A DNA stretch of 63,980 bases, counting the filler, from Octopus bimaculoides (lineage: Eukaryota): the NCBI RefSeq assembly GCF_001194135.2. It is 7 parts of 6 records of this genome, joined end to end, with 100 filler letters (N's around TTAATTAATTAA, not from the genome) between each part and the next. Parts side by side here need not be neighbours in the genome. Positions count along the whole stretch, not along the records: positions 17,746 to 29,902 come from NC_068997.1; positions 30,003 to 34,756 come from NC_069009.1; positions 34,857 to 58,616 come from NC_068981.1; 4 more parts are not named here. One strand, given 5' to 3'. The notes under the pieces were generated by a model. That model saw only the letters and a list, made by a program, of their open reading frames with translations. It was not told where the DNA came from and made no database searches. The translations under genes were made by a program, and so were the position numbers. Below are positions 24,730 through 38,185 of this stretch, in pieces (the stretch's first letter is position 1; each line of letters starts with the position of its first letter).

Positions 24730-26190
24730 TTTTGGGAGGAATCTAGCCGAAATTTTTTGCGAAGCCGCCATTGTTGGGTGGTAGTGAAACAATTGAAAAA
24801 ATAAAGAGTTACACAGAAGTTACTGGAGGTAGAGATGCTGTAGACCCACGGGTGCTGAAGCCGGAGAAGATAGAGTAGAATGAAGAGAAGATAACTAAAT
24901 ATTGTGAGAATGTAAAAAAAGACGGGTCAAACATAAAAATGACCCTGCCAGAGGAGGAAAAAAGAAGAATAGAAAGCAAGACGGTAACATTCAGAACATT
25001 TTCGAATGAAAATCGGAGAAGAGATCACGCGCCGCATGAAGAGATAGAGGAAATGTTGGTGGTGAACATGGGAGAAAAGACAACGTTTTTTACAAGAGGA
25101 TGAAGATACGGAACTATAGTAGTAACCTTTCTTTCAGAAGATGATTTGAGAAAATCCGGCAACATGATGTTGACGGGAGTAAAATGGACGTTGATGCTAG
25201 ACTGTTGGGGGCAAAAGAATTGTGAGGATCAGGGTGAGAAAAATACTACCGTCGATAGACCCAGAATGGGTAGTAGCCGCAACGTTTAATTCAGAACTGA
25301 GGAAGAATGGAGAAGACCTGAAGAACACAACAGTTGAATTGTTGGGGGTTATGGTATTGAAATAATCTGTGCAGTAAGCCCAAAACATTACCACGAAATG
25401 GCGGAAACTTTGGAATTACCAAACGGTGAAAAATTGGAAATAATGGTGGAGGGGAGACCCCCCCCCCACCAAATGCTATGGATGTGGTGAAAGAGGGCAC
25501 CTGAGAAGGAAATGTCCTAGAGAAGCAGTGGAAATGGTGGAAGAAAGTGCTCAGGAAGATATAGTAGTGGAAAAAAAGCAGAAACAAAAAATAGAATATG
25601 ATGGGAATGTTGCAAAGGTAAAACCCAGGAAACGAGAGAGAAGAAAGTCACCGACGACAGTGGACTTGAAGAAGAGTAAAGGAATGGAGGAAGAAACCCA
25701 ACCCACGATGAGAAACGGAGAAAATTTACCAGTGGAAGTACCAGCAAAGGAATTAGAAGTACAGTCATTTAGACCCAAAACAAGGCAACCTAGAATTACG
25801 GAAACCTAAAAACATAGACATACAGATGAAACACGTAGAGTTATAGTCAAACGAACACACAGACACACAAATACAAGAACACATAAAACAGCAGGAAAAT
25901 AGAAGCAAAAAGAGACAACATGAAAAACACAAACGAAAAGAAAATTATAGTGAGATGGGACAACCGAGCGTAAAAGATTGTATAAGTGAAAGACGTTGTG
26001 TGAGACAGAAGAGTTAAGTCGATATATATTTTGTAAAGACTGTAACTGAGAAAAATATTTATTTGAACTTTTAAGGGAAGAAAGGAAAAACAAGCAAATT
26101 TTGAAATTGTTGAATGAACAGGTTTCCAAAATGTTTTTAAAAACTTCTGTGATAAACATTAGGTTGACATTAGTTTAAAAAAAAAGGAAA
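24730..26190 (+). mobile_element. Tx1/L1-type LINE ORF1 (gag-like, CCHC zinc knuckle), decayed, no ORF2 seen
   Basis: aaatgctatggatgtggtgaaagagggcacctgagaaggaaatgtcct = KCYGCGERGHLRRKCP (CX2CX4HX4C), preceded by ...VEGRPPP and followed by a Glu/Lys-rich tail (ORF 25528-25809). Confidence 0.7.
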
Positions 26191-26222
26191 AATAAGAAGT
26201 AAATCCTGTATGAACATTTGTT

Positions 26223-26666
26223 GGATCCTTTCCTTTTGGCCGGCACATAGAAAAAATAATTTTTTGTAACTAAACACTTTCAAATTTCGTATACTGGTAG
26301 AATATGTCATTTAAAGTATCATTTACTCTTGGCGTTTTTAAGAAAATTCTTTATTTTCAAAGTTATTTCGTGTTAAAGTTGTCGTATTTCGGTAAGTTCA
26401 ACCAATCAATGACGTGTATTCAGCTGAATAAAATTACTGCTATTGTTTCTCAACAACAACTTCCGGCGGTTTATATTTAGTATGTCACTGTTATTTCTGA
26501 TATATTTACATTTGAGAGACACGTGTGTATAGTTTAATCAATTCAGTTCTTAGTTACTTTAGCGTTTCCGAAATTGCCTATTTTGTTTGTTGAGTTATTT
26601 TCGTTTGCTTAGTGTTTCGTTACAAAAAAATAATTTCTTGATGTGCCGTTCAAAGGGAAAAGATCC
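26223..26666. mobile_element. MITE-like element with ~55-bp imperfect TIRs
   Basis: ggatcctttccttttggccggcaca...ttttgtaactaaacact vs agtgtttcgttacaaaa...tgtgccgttcaaagggaaaagatcc. Confidence 0.7.
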
Positions 26667-26719
26667 CATTTTCCCCCCTCCTCCTCCAATTTCTTCATTT
26701 TTCACATTTTTCCGTATCT

Positions 26720-26821
26720 CTAACCCTAAAATCCCAACCCTAACCCTAACCCTAAAACCCCGACTCTAACCCTAAAACCCTGACCCTAACCCTACCCCTA
26801 AAACCTTAACCCTAACCCTAA
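26720..26821. repeat. Interstitial telomere-like (CCCTAA)n / CCCTAAAA degenerate array
   Basis: ctaaccctaaaatcccaaccctaaccctaaccctaaaacc...ttaaccctaaccctaa, about 100 bp. Confidence 0.85.
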
Positions 26822-26822
26822 C

Positions 26823-26866
<44 letters not shown>

Positions 26867-28077
26867 TCACACATGTATGCTGACATAATGTACACATATC
26901 CTTGTTAATACCTATATACGTATATACATATACACACTCAGATATATATAAACACACACATATACACATATATGTAATCACATGTAAGCATAGATTTATA
27001 CGGGCGCAGATATGTGGATATGTAAATATGTTTATGTGTGTGTATGAGAAAGAGTGAGAGAGAGAAAGAGCTACAGAGACAGAGGGAGACAGGCAGACAA
27101 ACAGACAAACAGACAAACACACACACACACACACACACACACAGAATGTAGAAGTACTCAAATATGTATGATTTTCGTTCCTGAACAAACAATAAGCCAA
27201 GCGTTAGGAAGTGTATTTTAAGGATCTCTAAATAGACTACATTACCACTTAGTCACTTCTCAGAGCTTTACAAAAGCTTATCTCACTTATCTAATCAATT
27301 TATCCTATTAATGTAGGGCCCTAACAACAATTACATATGCAAATAGTACACACAAATTAAATACTTTCCTAGAACGGTTTCATCCCAATGATGACACACT
27401 CTAATCTTACCTTAAGAAATTCCATGAGCTATTTATTACATACGTGTATTCTTTATAAACACAATTTTCAGCATAGTTGCATCTGTTTACCCCATCACTC
27501 CATTATTCATTCATACATGTACTTTGAAATATATATACTTTCATCGTGGAAGAGTTATTTAATAACACTCACAAACATTTGAATTCACTTGAAATTTAAG
27601 TTTATTTCATGAGATGTCAATGATCAGGGCGCTGTTATACGGCGAAAGTTTTGACAGGCAGTTCATGAAATAAAAACAAAATTCAAACTGAATTCAAAAA
27701 CTTTGTTACTAAATGGCCCTTCTACAACTTAATTGCTTCATTTTCAACATACGGTCTCAGATCACGTTATTTGCTATAGAAGTACAATTCTGTATTTGTA
27801 TCTTCTGGTTCTAAATTAGTAATACTACCTTGTGTATGACCATAGTAGCTGGTGTTGTTCAGACACAGTATAGACTCTGGGTTACAGACGAGCTAGCACA
27901 TTTCTCTGTCTTTTTATAATAATGACTTCACTCAGACATCCGAAGCAACTCGTCTTTCCATCGCTTGTTACTCTTTGCACATCCATTCTCTAACCCCCTC
28001 ACTGATCACTATTCCCAGTCCTTCATTTCCAGATCATCAGCCTTCCGGAATATCCTTCCTGCTCGTATCTTTCCATA

Positions 28078-28115
<38 letters not shown>

Positions 28116-28229
28116 GTACGAAGTCTTATCAATAAGTATCCGAACTGTTGCCATAGTAACGAAACTAAAGTATGCAGAGTAAAGCCACTTGACACAGATT
28201 GACCTTGGACTCTGCTGTGCTTTCGCACT

Positions 28230-28740
28230 AAGTTTTAACGTTCTAGCATACCTCTGATGTTTAAAGCAGAGCTTGGAAGGAACGTGTGTAGCGTGTGATC
28301 GTCGCATGGACCGTGACAGAGAAAGTTATCAAAGCGAAAGTTGTTCAGAGGCCTACACAAAGTTGGAGAGGAGTGTATGAGACGCACACAAGTGTACGAG
28401 TGGTTCAGACGTCGATAGGGACGAACGTTCTGGGAAGACCGCAACCAGTAGAACTGAGAAAAACATTGCAGATATGCATGCAGCTGTGAGGGGAAATCGT
28501 CGAATCACCATCCGTGAGTTATCAGAGGATCTGCAGATTAGTTACGTTTCAGTTCACTCCATTATCACTGAAGACTTGGGTATGAGACTCGTGTCTGCCA
28601 AGTTTGTGCCAAAACTGCTTTCAGCTAACCAAAAAGACACTCGGTTTCAGTTGCAGATCTCCTTGATGGTGTCGAGAACGATGAAAACTTTTTGAAAATT
28701 TTGCTAAGGCCTCTGAGCAGGTATCGCCAAGCTTTTGGCA
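28230..28740 (+). mobile_element. Mariner transposase N-terminal (HTH) fragment
   Basis: TQVYEWFRR, RPATSRTEKNIADMHAAVRGNRRITIRELSEDLQISYVSVHSIITEDLGMRLVSAKFVPKLL. Confidence 0.85.
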
Positions 28741-28744
28741 AACT

Positions 28745-29790
28745 TCGATGCAGATTTTCTCCTCGACTTGGCAACACCCACAATCTGACATAGAAAGGCT
28801 ATATATACAACGTATCGAAGGTGAGAGAGGCCTTATACAGCTAGAAAACTATTACAAAGTAATCACCATGGGACTACAGAAATACCTATTTCAGAGGCAA
28901 GGAAAACTAATACAAATAGCCACAAAACACGAAGAAAACGAAAAACTGTTTTTAGTCTTTAAGGAAGTTGACAAACACATTAAAGAAGTCATAGTACCTA
29001 ACAATTATGACGAAAAAGACGAAACAACAGAAGCTGTAAAACAAGTGAAACCAAACTAAATCTAGAACAGCAACGGATCATGATAAAACGATAGCAAGAC
29101 AAGGCCCTTCATGGCGAATATCGGGTTAAGCCAAAGAGAAAAGAAATAGACAAAGCAAAATCCCAACTATGGCTGAAAAGCTCAGGACGTAAAGCTGATA
29201 CTGAAGGATTTTTAATTGCAGCATGAGATCAAAGCCTTCCCATCAGAAATCACCAGAATCACGTAATGAAAAGAAATACAAGTAACTGTAGAATATGTGC
29301 TGATGGAAAAGAAACAATAAATCATATTGTCTATGGCTGCCCAGTACAGGTTAAGAAGGTATATATTCACAGACACGACAGAGTTGGGATCTATATACAT
29401 TGGAAGCTATACCAATACTATCGAATAACAACAGAAAAAATATGATATAGGCACACACCAGAAAAAGGTCACAGAAAGCAACCATACACTGGGATATGCC
29501 AATACACACAGATAGAGAAATCAAGGCTAATAAACTGGATATAGGTGTCAGAGATCACCAAGAAAAGAATGCTTCCTGATCAATACCAACAGAAGACAAT
29601 GTTTCTCTAAAAGAAACGGAGAAGCTTTCAAAATACAAAGATCTGGAAATAGAGGCGACTCGAATGTCGAGCTTAAAAACAGAAACACTTCCTAAACAAC
29701 ATCCAGACAAATACATAACAAAAACATCAGGACTTACAAGTATATATCACATACAGAATATAGCACTACTAGGCACACAGAGCTGTGCTT
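28745..29790 (+). mobile_element. R4/Dong-like non-LTR retrotransposon C-terminal region (CCHC and restriction-like endonuclease), decayed
   Basis: HPQSDIERLYIQRIEGERGL, CRICADGKETINHIV..C, RHDRVG..IHWKL, WDMPIHTDREIKANK.DI, EKLSKYKDLEIE, IQNIALLGT. Confidence 0.8.
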
Positions 29791-30639
29791 GGTAGTGCAG
29801 TGAAAGCACGTGGAAAAATAAAACTACTGAAGAAGAAGAAGAAGAAGAAGAAGAAGAAGAAGAAGAAGAAGAAGAAGAAGAAGAAGAAGAAGAAGAAGAA
29901 GANNNNNNNNNNNNNNNNNNNNNNNNNNNNNNNNNNNNNNNNNNNNTTAATTAATTAANNNNNNNNNNNNNNNNNNNNNNNNNNNNNNNNNNNNNNNNNN
30001 NNCCCGTTACGCAGTGGGGTCGATGTAATCGACTTAATCCCTTTGTCTGTCCTTATTTGTCCCCTCTATGTTTAGCCCCTTGTGAGCAATAAAGAAATAA
30101 GGAGCATGCATTCCAGCCATATGGTTTCAGGTTCAGGCCTACAGTGTGGCACCTTGGGCAAATGTCTTCTACTATAGCCTTAGACCAGCCAAAGCCTTCT
30201 GAGTCAATTTGGTAACTGGAAACTGAAAGAAGGCTGTCGTGTGTGTATTTGTTGGTGTATTTATGTCCCTGTAAGGTAGGATGACAACTGGTATCGGTGG
30301 TTTACATCCCCATAATTTAGTGGTTCAGCAAAAGAGACTGATAGAAAAATCCTGGGGTCAATTTATTCAACTAAAACCCCTTCGAGGTTGTGCTCCAGCA
30401 TGGCCATAGTCAAATGACAAACCAGTAAAAGAATAAAAGAATAAAATATACTTGACTGAGCAGCATTTTCCATGGAAGAGAATAGCTCTAAATATTTATA
30501 TATTAATTCCCATTTTAACGATTACACTAAATAATTAAAACTGGTTTTCTTATCTCATACAAACTGTTCACACAGAAATTTAGATTGATTTCTCCATATC
30601 CTGCCAGATATTTTTTAATGCCAGCAAATTATGTTTGTC

Positions 30640-30912
30640 TATCTGGATAGCTGGGTGAGAATGACCACTCAACTCATCTCGTCCCAGTTCTTCTCCATTT
30701 GGAGGTCTGGACCGAACCAAACCCTGAGCAATTTAACCGGTCCGTCAGTCCAGTATCCCATAGTGGAGACACTGTTGGACGGCATGGGCTTGTTTCTCCA
30801 GGTGCCAAACCACAAACCCACTGGCTTTTTCAAGTTAATTTTTGCTCCCATTACTGTTTTGTATTCTTTTAGTGTTTCGCCTAACAGGTCGATAGATACA
30901 GAGATAGTGAAA
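30640..30912 (-). mobile_element. Tx1/L1-type ORF2 fragment just downstream of the RT core
   Basis: LGETLKEYKTVMGAKINLKKPVGLWFGTWRNKP...VKLLRVWFGPDLQMEKNW (S/T-GAKIN..KS.GLW.G.W motif). Confidence 0.7.
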
Positions 30913-30938
30913 CACAGATAGATAGATAGATGATGAGG

Positions 30939-30999
<61 letters not shown>

Positions 31000-31021
31000 T
31001 GATAGGTAGATAGATAGATAA

Positions 31022-31098
<77 letters not shown>

Positions 31099-31620
31099 TA
31101 GATAGATAGATAGATAGATAGATGGACAGATGGTGAGATAAAAAGATAGATAGATCGATAGATAGACAAATAAATAGACAGACAGATAAATAGACATAGA
31201 CAGACAGACAGACAGATGGATAGATAGATCAAGAGACTGATAGTGACGACACAGCCATTGACAGATAGATAGACCAACTCACAAATATACATATACACAG
31301 ACAGGCAGATAGAATGATAAATTGTTATATAAATAGATAGACAAAGACATATAGATAGACAGGCAGGCAGACAGACAGATAGACAGACAGACAGACAGAC
31401 AAGCAGATTGACAGACAGACAGATAGACAGACAGACAGACAGACAGACAAGCAGATTGACAGACAAGCAGATAGATAGACAGACATAACTAATGAGAAAT
31501 AGGTAGACCAACACGCAAATATATATACATAGATGGGCAGATAGGATGATAAATTGTTATATAGAGAGATAGACAAATACATATATACATAGATAAACTG
31601 ATAGATAGATAGATGGAGAA
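30909..31620. repeat. (GATA)n/(GACA)n compound microsatellite
   Basis: Direct reading; explains ORFs 30669..31514 and 30835..31197. Confidence 0.98.
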
Positions 31621-31869
31621 TTATATATATATATATATGTATGTATATGTATATATGAGAGAGAGAGTGTTTCTTTGTTCAAGAATAATTCACAGTGGAA
31701 TTAATTCCAGAGTTTGGTTCCAAGACGGAAGTGCAGCCATTAACCAATGCTGCTGCAGTAATACAATGAGCTGCACTCAGGTGCATGTTGCACCTTGCTA
31801 ATGCTGCACATCACTGCACATATCAATGTAATCTCCGGCTTTTTCTCCTTGCACAAACAGCAAAAATTG

Positions 31870-32500
31870 CGTAACAACAACAAGAACAGCAACAACAAAT
31901 GACAACAGCAAGGACAAGAACAAGAACAGAGAAACGAAAAGAGACACTGAATAATAATAACAACAATAAGAACTACAACGACTGTAAGCAGAAGAAGTGC
32001 AGGAACGAACAAAACAACAACGACGAGATAACCAGCAACAACATCCACAAGAATGGATATATAAAGGCAGGCCTTGTCCAGTAACAAAGAGAAAAACAGC
32101 AACAACAACTACAAGAACAAAGACATCAAGAATGAGAGCAACAACAATGATGACAACAATAAGGAAAAAAAATTATAAAAGCTACTGTGCTATATAAACA
32201 ACAACAACAACAACTTTTACTAGTTGTTGCTTCTCCTACTGCTACTGCCACCACTGCCCTTGCTGCTGCTGCTACTACTACTACTTCAATTACTACTACA
32301 AAACCTAGTACAACTACTATTACTTGAAGAACAACAACATCTACTACTGCTGCAGTACAACAACAATTATTACAACTACTACTACTACAGAACTACTACT
32401 ACTCATGCAACAACTACAAAAGGACTACTACTGCTACTACTCCCAGTAAAACAACTACAAGAATGACCCTAACAACAATGAGAAGAACAATAACAAACAT
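31870..32500. repeat. (AAC)n/(CTA)n degenerate trinucleotide low-complexity tract
   Basis: Direct reading. Confidence 0.95.
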
Positions 32501-32510
32501 ATCAACTAAC

Positions 32511-32877
32511 TAGGCATAGGAGTGGCTGTGTGGTAAGTAGCTTGCTTACCAACCACATGGTTCCAGGTTCAGTCCCACTGTGTGGCGCCTTGGGCAAGTG
32601 TCTTCTACTATAGCCTTGGGCTGACCAAAACCTTGTGAGTGGATTTGGTAGACGGAAACTGAAAGAAGCCTGTCGTTTTTATGTATATCTATATATGTAT
32701 GTGTGTGTATATGTTTGTGTGTTTACATCCCTGTAACTTAGCGGTTTGGCAAAAGAGACCAATAGAATAAGTACTAGGCTTACATAGAATATATCCTGGG
32801 GTCGATTTGCTCGACTAAAGGCGGTGCTCCAGCATGGCCACAGTCAAATGACTGAAACAAGTAAAAGAGTAAAAGAA
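32511..32877 (+). mobile_element. Full-length SINE, same family as 17793
   Basis: Colinear head, body and tail. Confidence 0.9.
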
Positions 32878-33584
32878 CATAGGTGCAGGTATTGCCATGT
32901 GGTAAGAACTTTGCTTCCCAACAATATGCTCATGGGTTCAATCCCATTGTGTGGCACCTTGGGTAACTGTTTTTAGTATAGCCAAAGGCCTACGAAAGCT
33001 TTGTCAGTGAGTTTGGTGGGCAGAAACTAAAAGGTGTGGTTGTGTGGTAAGAAGCTTGCTTCGCAGCCATATAGCTTGTGGTTCAGTCCCGTTGCGTGGC
33101 ACCTTGGACAAGTGTCTTCTACTATAGCCTCAGACTGACCAAAAACTTGCGAGTGGATTAGCAGACAGAATGAAAACATATCAATTATAATCAAGGATAA
33201 AATCTGTATAGGATTTCATCAAGTATATATAATGTCTAAACTCATGCCGATACTTTCCAAAATTGGACAATGATAAATTGGAAGCACATGTCAGAAGCTA
33301 ATTATCACAGATTCACAATTCATCATTTTCTGTCTTGTTGGACATATTCAGACTCAAAAATCACAAATGAAATGGCCGTAATGTTAAAAAAACAATTGAT
33401 AAAACGTCTATAAATCTAAAGGAAACATGTCTGTAATAAGGACAAAGGAACAGCAGACAGGAGGCCTTGGCTTAATGTAAAATGAAGAGGTAGTCTTCGG
33501 AAAGATTGTCTCAATAATGTCCAGAAAAATTCACTGGGAAAACAAACATTTTATTTAAAGACTATCTTCTCTTTTCTCTATTAT

Positions 33585-34175
33585 CTCTTTTACTTGTGTC
33601 AGTCATTTGACTGCGGCCATGCTGGAGCACCGCCTTTAGTCGAGCACATTGACCCCAGGACTTATTCTTTGTAAGCCTAGTACTTATTCTATCGGTCTCT
33701 TTGGCCGAACCGCTAAGTTACGGGGACGTAAACACACCAGCATCAGTTGTCAAGCGATGTTGGGGGGGATAAACACAGACACACAAACATATACACACAT
33801 ACACATACACACATACACATACACACACANNNNNNNNNNNNNNNNNNNNNNNNNNNNNNNNNNNNNNNNNNNNNNNNNNNNNNNNNNNNNNNNNNNNNNN
33901 NNNNNNNNNNNNNNNNNNNNNNNNNNNNNNNNNNNNNNNNNNNNNNNNNNNNNNNNNNNNNNNNNNNNNNNNNNNNNNNNNNNNNNNNNNNNNNNNNNNN
34001 NNNNNNNATACGACAGGCTTCTTTCAGTTTCCGTCTACCAAATCCACTGACAAGGCTTTGGTTGGTCCGAGGCTATAGTAGTAGGCACTTGCTCAAGATG
34101 CCACGCAGTGGGACTGAACCCGGAGCCATGTGGTTGGTAAGCAAGCTACTTACCACACAGCCACTTCTGCACCTA
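33585..34175 (-). mobile_element. SINE, same family as 17793, spanning an N gap
   Basis: Reverse complement matches the head (34175 side) and the tail (33585 side). Confidence 0.85.
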
Positions 34176-34856
34176 TAAGTTGTTAATTCATAATTAAAAA
34201 AGGTGTTTTAAATACGTTTTTAATTGACAGTATAAAACATGCACACAGTTTATATTCTTTTATTCATTTACTTGTTTCAGTCATTTGACAGTGGCCATGC
34301 TGCACCACCTTAAAAGGTTTTAGTCGAAATTGACCTCGGGGCATTCATTGTAAGCCTAGTTCTTATTCTATTGGTGCCTATTGCCAAACCTCTAAGTCAT
34401 GGGGACAAACTCACCAACATTGGTTGTCAAGCGATGGCATTGGGACAAACACAGACACGAACACTTAAAGACATAAATATTATATATCATCATCATCATC
34501 ATCATCGTTTAACGTCCGCTTTCCATGCTGGCATGGGTTGGACGACTTGACTGAGGACTGGTGAAACCGGATGGCAACACCAGGCTCCAATCTAAATTTG
34601 GCAGAGTTTCTACAGCTGGATGCCCTTCCTAACGCCAACCACTCAGAGAGTGTAGTGGGTGCTTTTACGTGTCACCCGCACGAAGGCCAGTCAGGCGATA
34701 CTGGCAACGGCCACGCTCAAAATGGTGTCTTTTATGTGCCACCCGCACAAGCCAGTNNNNNNNNNNNNNNNNNNNNNNNNNNNNNNNNNNNNNNNNNNNN
34801 TTAATTAATTAANNNNNNNNNNNNNNNNNNNNNNNNNNNNNNNNNNNNNNNNNNNN

Positions 34857-34984
34857 ATACATACAATATATATATGTATATATACACATATATATATACA
34901 TATATATATACATATATATATGCACATATATATATTCATATATATATGTATACATATATACATATATATATTCATATATATATG

Positions 34985-35016
<32 letters not shown>

Positions 35017-35131
35017 CATATATATACACACATACATATATATACACATATATATACATATGTATATACATATATATATATATCCATATGTACATATATG
35101 CGCATATATGTATATACACACACATATATAC

Positions 35132-35166
<35 letters not shown>

Positions 35167-35310
35167 CGTATACATACATATGCATATATAGATATATATA
35201 TATATATATATATGCGCATATATATACATATATAGATATACTTATATATGCATATATATACATACATATATAAACATATATATACATATATATGCATTCA
35301 TATATATATG
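34857..35310. repeat. (TA)n/(TACA)n microsatellite
   Basis: Direct reading; explains the Y/I-rich ORFs at 34805-35297. Confidence 0.98.
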
Positions 35311-37613
35311 TATATATATATATAAGTATGTATGTTATTATATAGAAATATGTTTGTCTGCGTGTGTGTATTACATGTCCCTACCCGTAGTGAATAAATC
35401 ACACATACTTTCATACAAACTTAAACATTGATATAAACCAGGAGTGTAGCCCTCACTCATGATCATGACACCACTTTCTTATGCACATTTATATAATGTG
35501 TATATTTGTGCACGTGTAAATATTTACATAAACATCTAAACATATATTGGACAAACAGATACACGGTGATTTGGACAGACCTAGAGACAACCAGCCAGTC
35601 AGTCAGCGAAAGAGTGAGACGTGACGTTTATATTAAAAGAATAATCACTTATTCGAAATTCTTACTTATCTTAACATTCACATAAGGCTCAATGTTTATT
35701 CGGACAGCAGTTTATCTGTCTGTGAAGAATGAGCCAAAATTATGACGTAAATGTATTCTAAAATGTTAATTGTTAATTGTCATCACTCGATGCTCATACG
35801 AACGACGTATCATGACAATCTATTTTGTTATAGCTGAATTATTAAAACTAATGATTATAAAAAGATATTAGACTTCACTGTTCATATAGTAAATGCATCT
35901 TTCACAGTAATTACTTTCATATTGGTTTGGAGATTATGAACGGAAATTTAGTGGCGATTATTCATTTCCTAAGTGTTTTATGGAAGTTATATTGTTTTTT
36001 TTCGGTATTTTGAGGGCTTATATCTGGCTATGAGTTTAAGGAGTCGTGGATACTATTATAGACATAGCTATTATGTCCTTCAAACAGTCATATATATATA
36101 TATCTGTGGTTATGGTGTCCTGAATGTAGTCACAGCTCTGTGGGTAAGATGCCGTTCACGCAATTATAGTCGTGTGTGCATAGGATATCATTCGCGCAGC
36201 CATGGACATATAGTGAAGATGCTTCCATACAATTATAGACACGAGGTTAAAATATTGTTCATATAATGATATACATGTAGTTAATTTATCGTGGACTACA
36301 ATATAGCCACGAGTAAAGTTCTGGACACGGGCATAGCCGTGGGGATAGGAGGTTCTCTGTGGAATTATTTAGTTGATTCAGAGATCCATTTCGGGTAGTG
36401 CCTTAGGCAAGCGTCCTCCACCCATTACTCGAACCGACCCAACCCTTGTGAGTAGTGTCTGATAGAAGGAAATTATACAAAATCCTGTAGGAGAGACTAT
36501 ACATTATGTACCGAGAGTTTTTTCTTCTTTCTTTCTTTCTCCTATCAGTCTCAAACTCCGCGAAAATATCATTGGCGCTTCTATTCCACCTCTAACACCG
36601 GATCAGCATATTTTATTTAAAAAATTAACTTGAAGCATATTCACTCAATTCTTAACTTAGGATGATCTAAAATGTTATAAGAACATTATAAAAGAGTAAC
36701 TAAGAACATTTCTTTTTTAAAATAAAGTAAGCTGTTTAGGAACCAAACAACACAATCATGTCCACCCGCAACTCTTCAATAAGAGTCTTCTACCATAGTC
36801 GCGGGTCAGCGCAGTTTAGTGAGCGAAAGTGGGTAAATCAAATCAGTGCAAAAGCCCGTCGTGTGGACTGTAGGCTTAATCCATCGCTTGGTTCAGCATC
36901 ACCAGCTGCCCTTTAAGTATTTTAGTGGAATCCACTCTAATTCAAGTGTTCTGAGCGGCGGCCTTGTTTGAGGAAAATTCCTTCTCACCAATCTTAGAGG
37001 CTCCAGAAAAAAATAATTGGCTCTTACTAAACCATGATCAATTTTTAAAATAAATCGCATGTCAGCTTTTAATAGACTGTAAATGTGACTCAATGTGACT
37101 CAGTTGGACTCCCTTACCTGTTCAATATATATTTTGCTGATAATTAACACTTGATTTCGAACAAGGATGTTACCAAACTTCCACAAAATAATTTCTTTTC
37201 AATGAATATCAATGACAAACATCAATCTACTACGAAAAGTAATTATTTTAAAATACTCGGTAATAGTTTCAAATTTTGGCATAGGAACAGCAGTTTTTTT
37301 TAGGGGAGGAGACGAACTGATTACATCGACTGGTTCAATGAGCCGCTAAGGTGAAACTCGAAGCCTTATTCAACTTTAATATGATTAATAAACTTGAATC
37401 TACTAAAAAGACGAGTTCCATTTTTAAAAAATGTTTATTATTATTTATAATTCTAATAAACTACACAACTAGCTAGATTTTTGTAAGAAGCCTACTAAAC
37501 TTGAAGGCTACGCATGTGTAGTGTATGTATGTGTCCTGTTCGTTTGTTGATAAGGGTCAGTAGTGAAGGTTTTCAGTATATTTGAGTATTATAGATGATA
37601 TAAGATGTATGTA

Positions 37614-37649
<36 letters not shown>

Positions 37650-38141
37650 CAAGAATAAGGGCAGAGAATCGTCAATTAATAATAGAATTAATAATTAACA
37701 ATTTTGCCAAGTAGTTCAGTATGAAAAAAACCTTTATCGGTAAAACTATTTATCATCATAAATATACAGGGATTAGCAATTGAGTTGCTTCTCCAACATA
37801 CTGAAAATTTAGAAATAGCAGTCAAAGAACTACTGATTCCAAACTACAAATTTTTCTCTAAANNNNNNNNNNNNNNNNNNNNNNNNNNNNNNCTTATTCA
37901 ACTTTAATATGATTAATAAACTTGAATCTACTAAAAAGACGAGTTCCATTTTTAAAAAATGTTTATTATTATTTATAATTCTAATAAACTACACAACTAG
38001 CTAGATTTTTGTAAGAAGCCTACTAAACTTGAAGGCTACGCATGTGTAGTGTATGTATGTGTCCTGTTCGTTTGTTGATAAGGGTCAGTAGTGAAGGTTT
38101 TCAGTATATTTGAGTATTATAGATGATATAAGATGTATGTA

Positions 38142-38185
<44 letters not shown>

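Noticed and set aside
30669-31582. YLSI-, YIYI-, HT- and VC-rich ORFs throughout the track
   Set aside because: These are translations of GATA, TA, CA and TG microsatellites.
37119-37200. Minus-strand CAG|gtaagg phase-0 donor tested as the upstream PDE exon (IILWKFGNILVRNQVLIISKIYIEQ)
   Set aside because: No similarity to the expected G.GI.G.V...NI.DAY. motif, a poor acceptor and no ATG.
37365-38178. ~285-bp direct duplication on either side of the gap at 37863-37892
   Set aside because: Identical copies flanking a gap indicate overlapping contig ends (assembly artefact).
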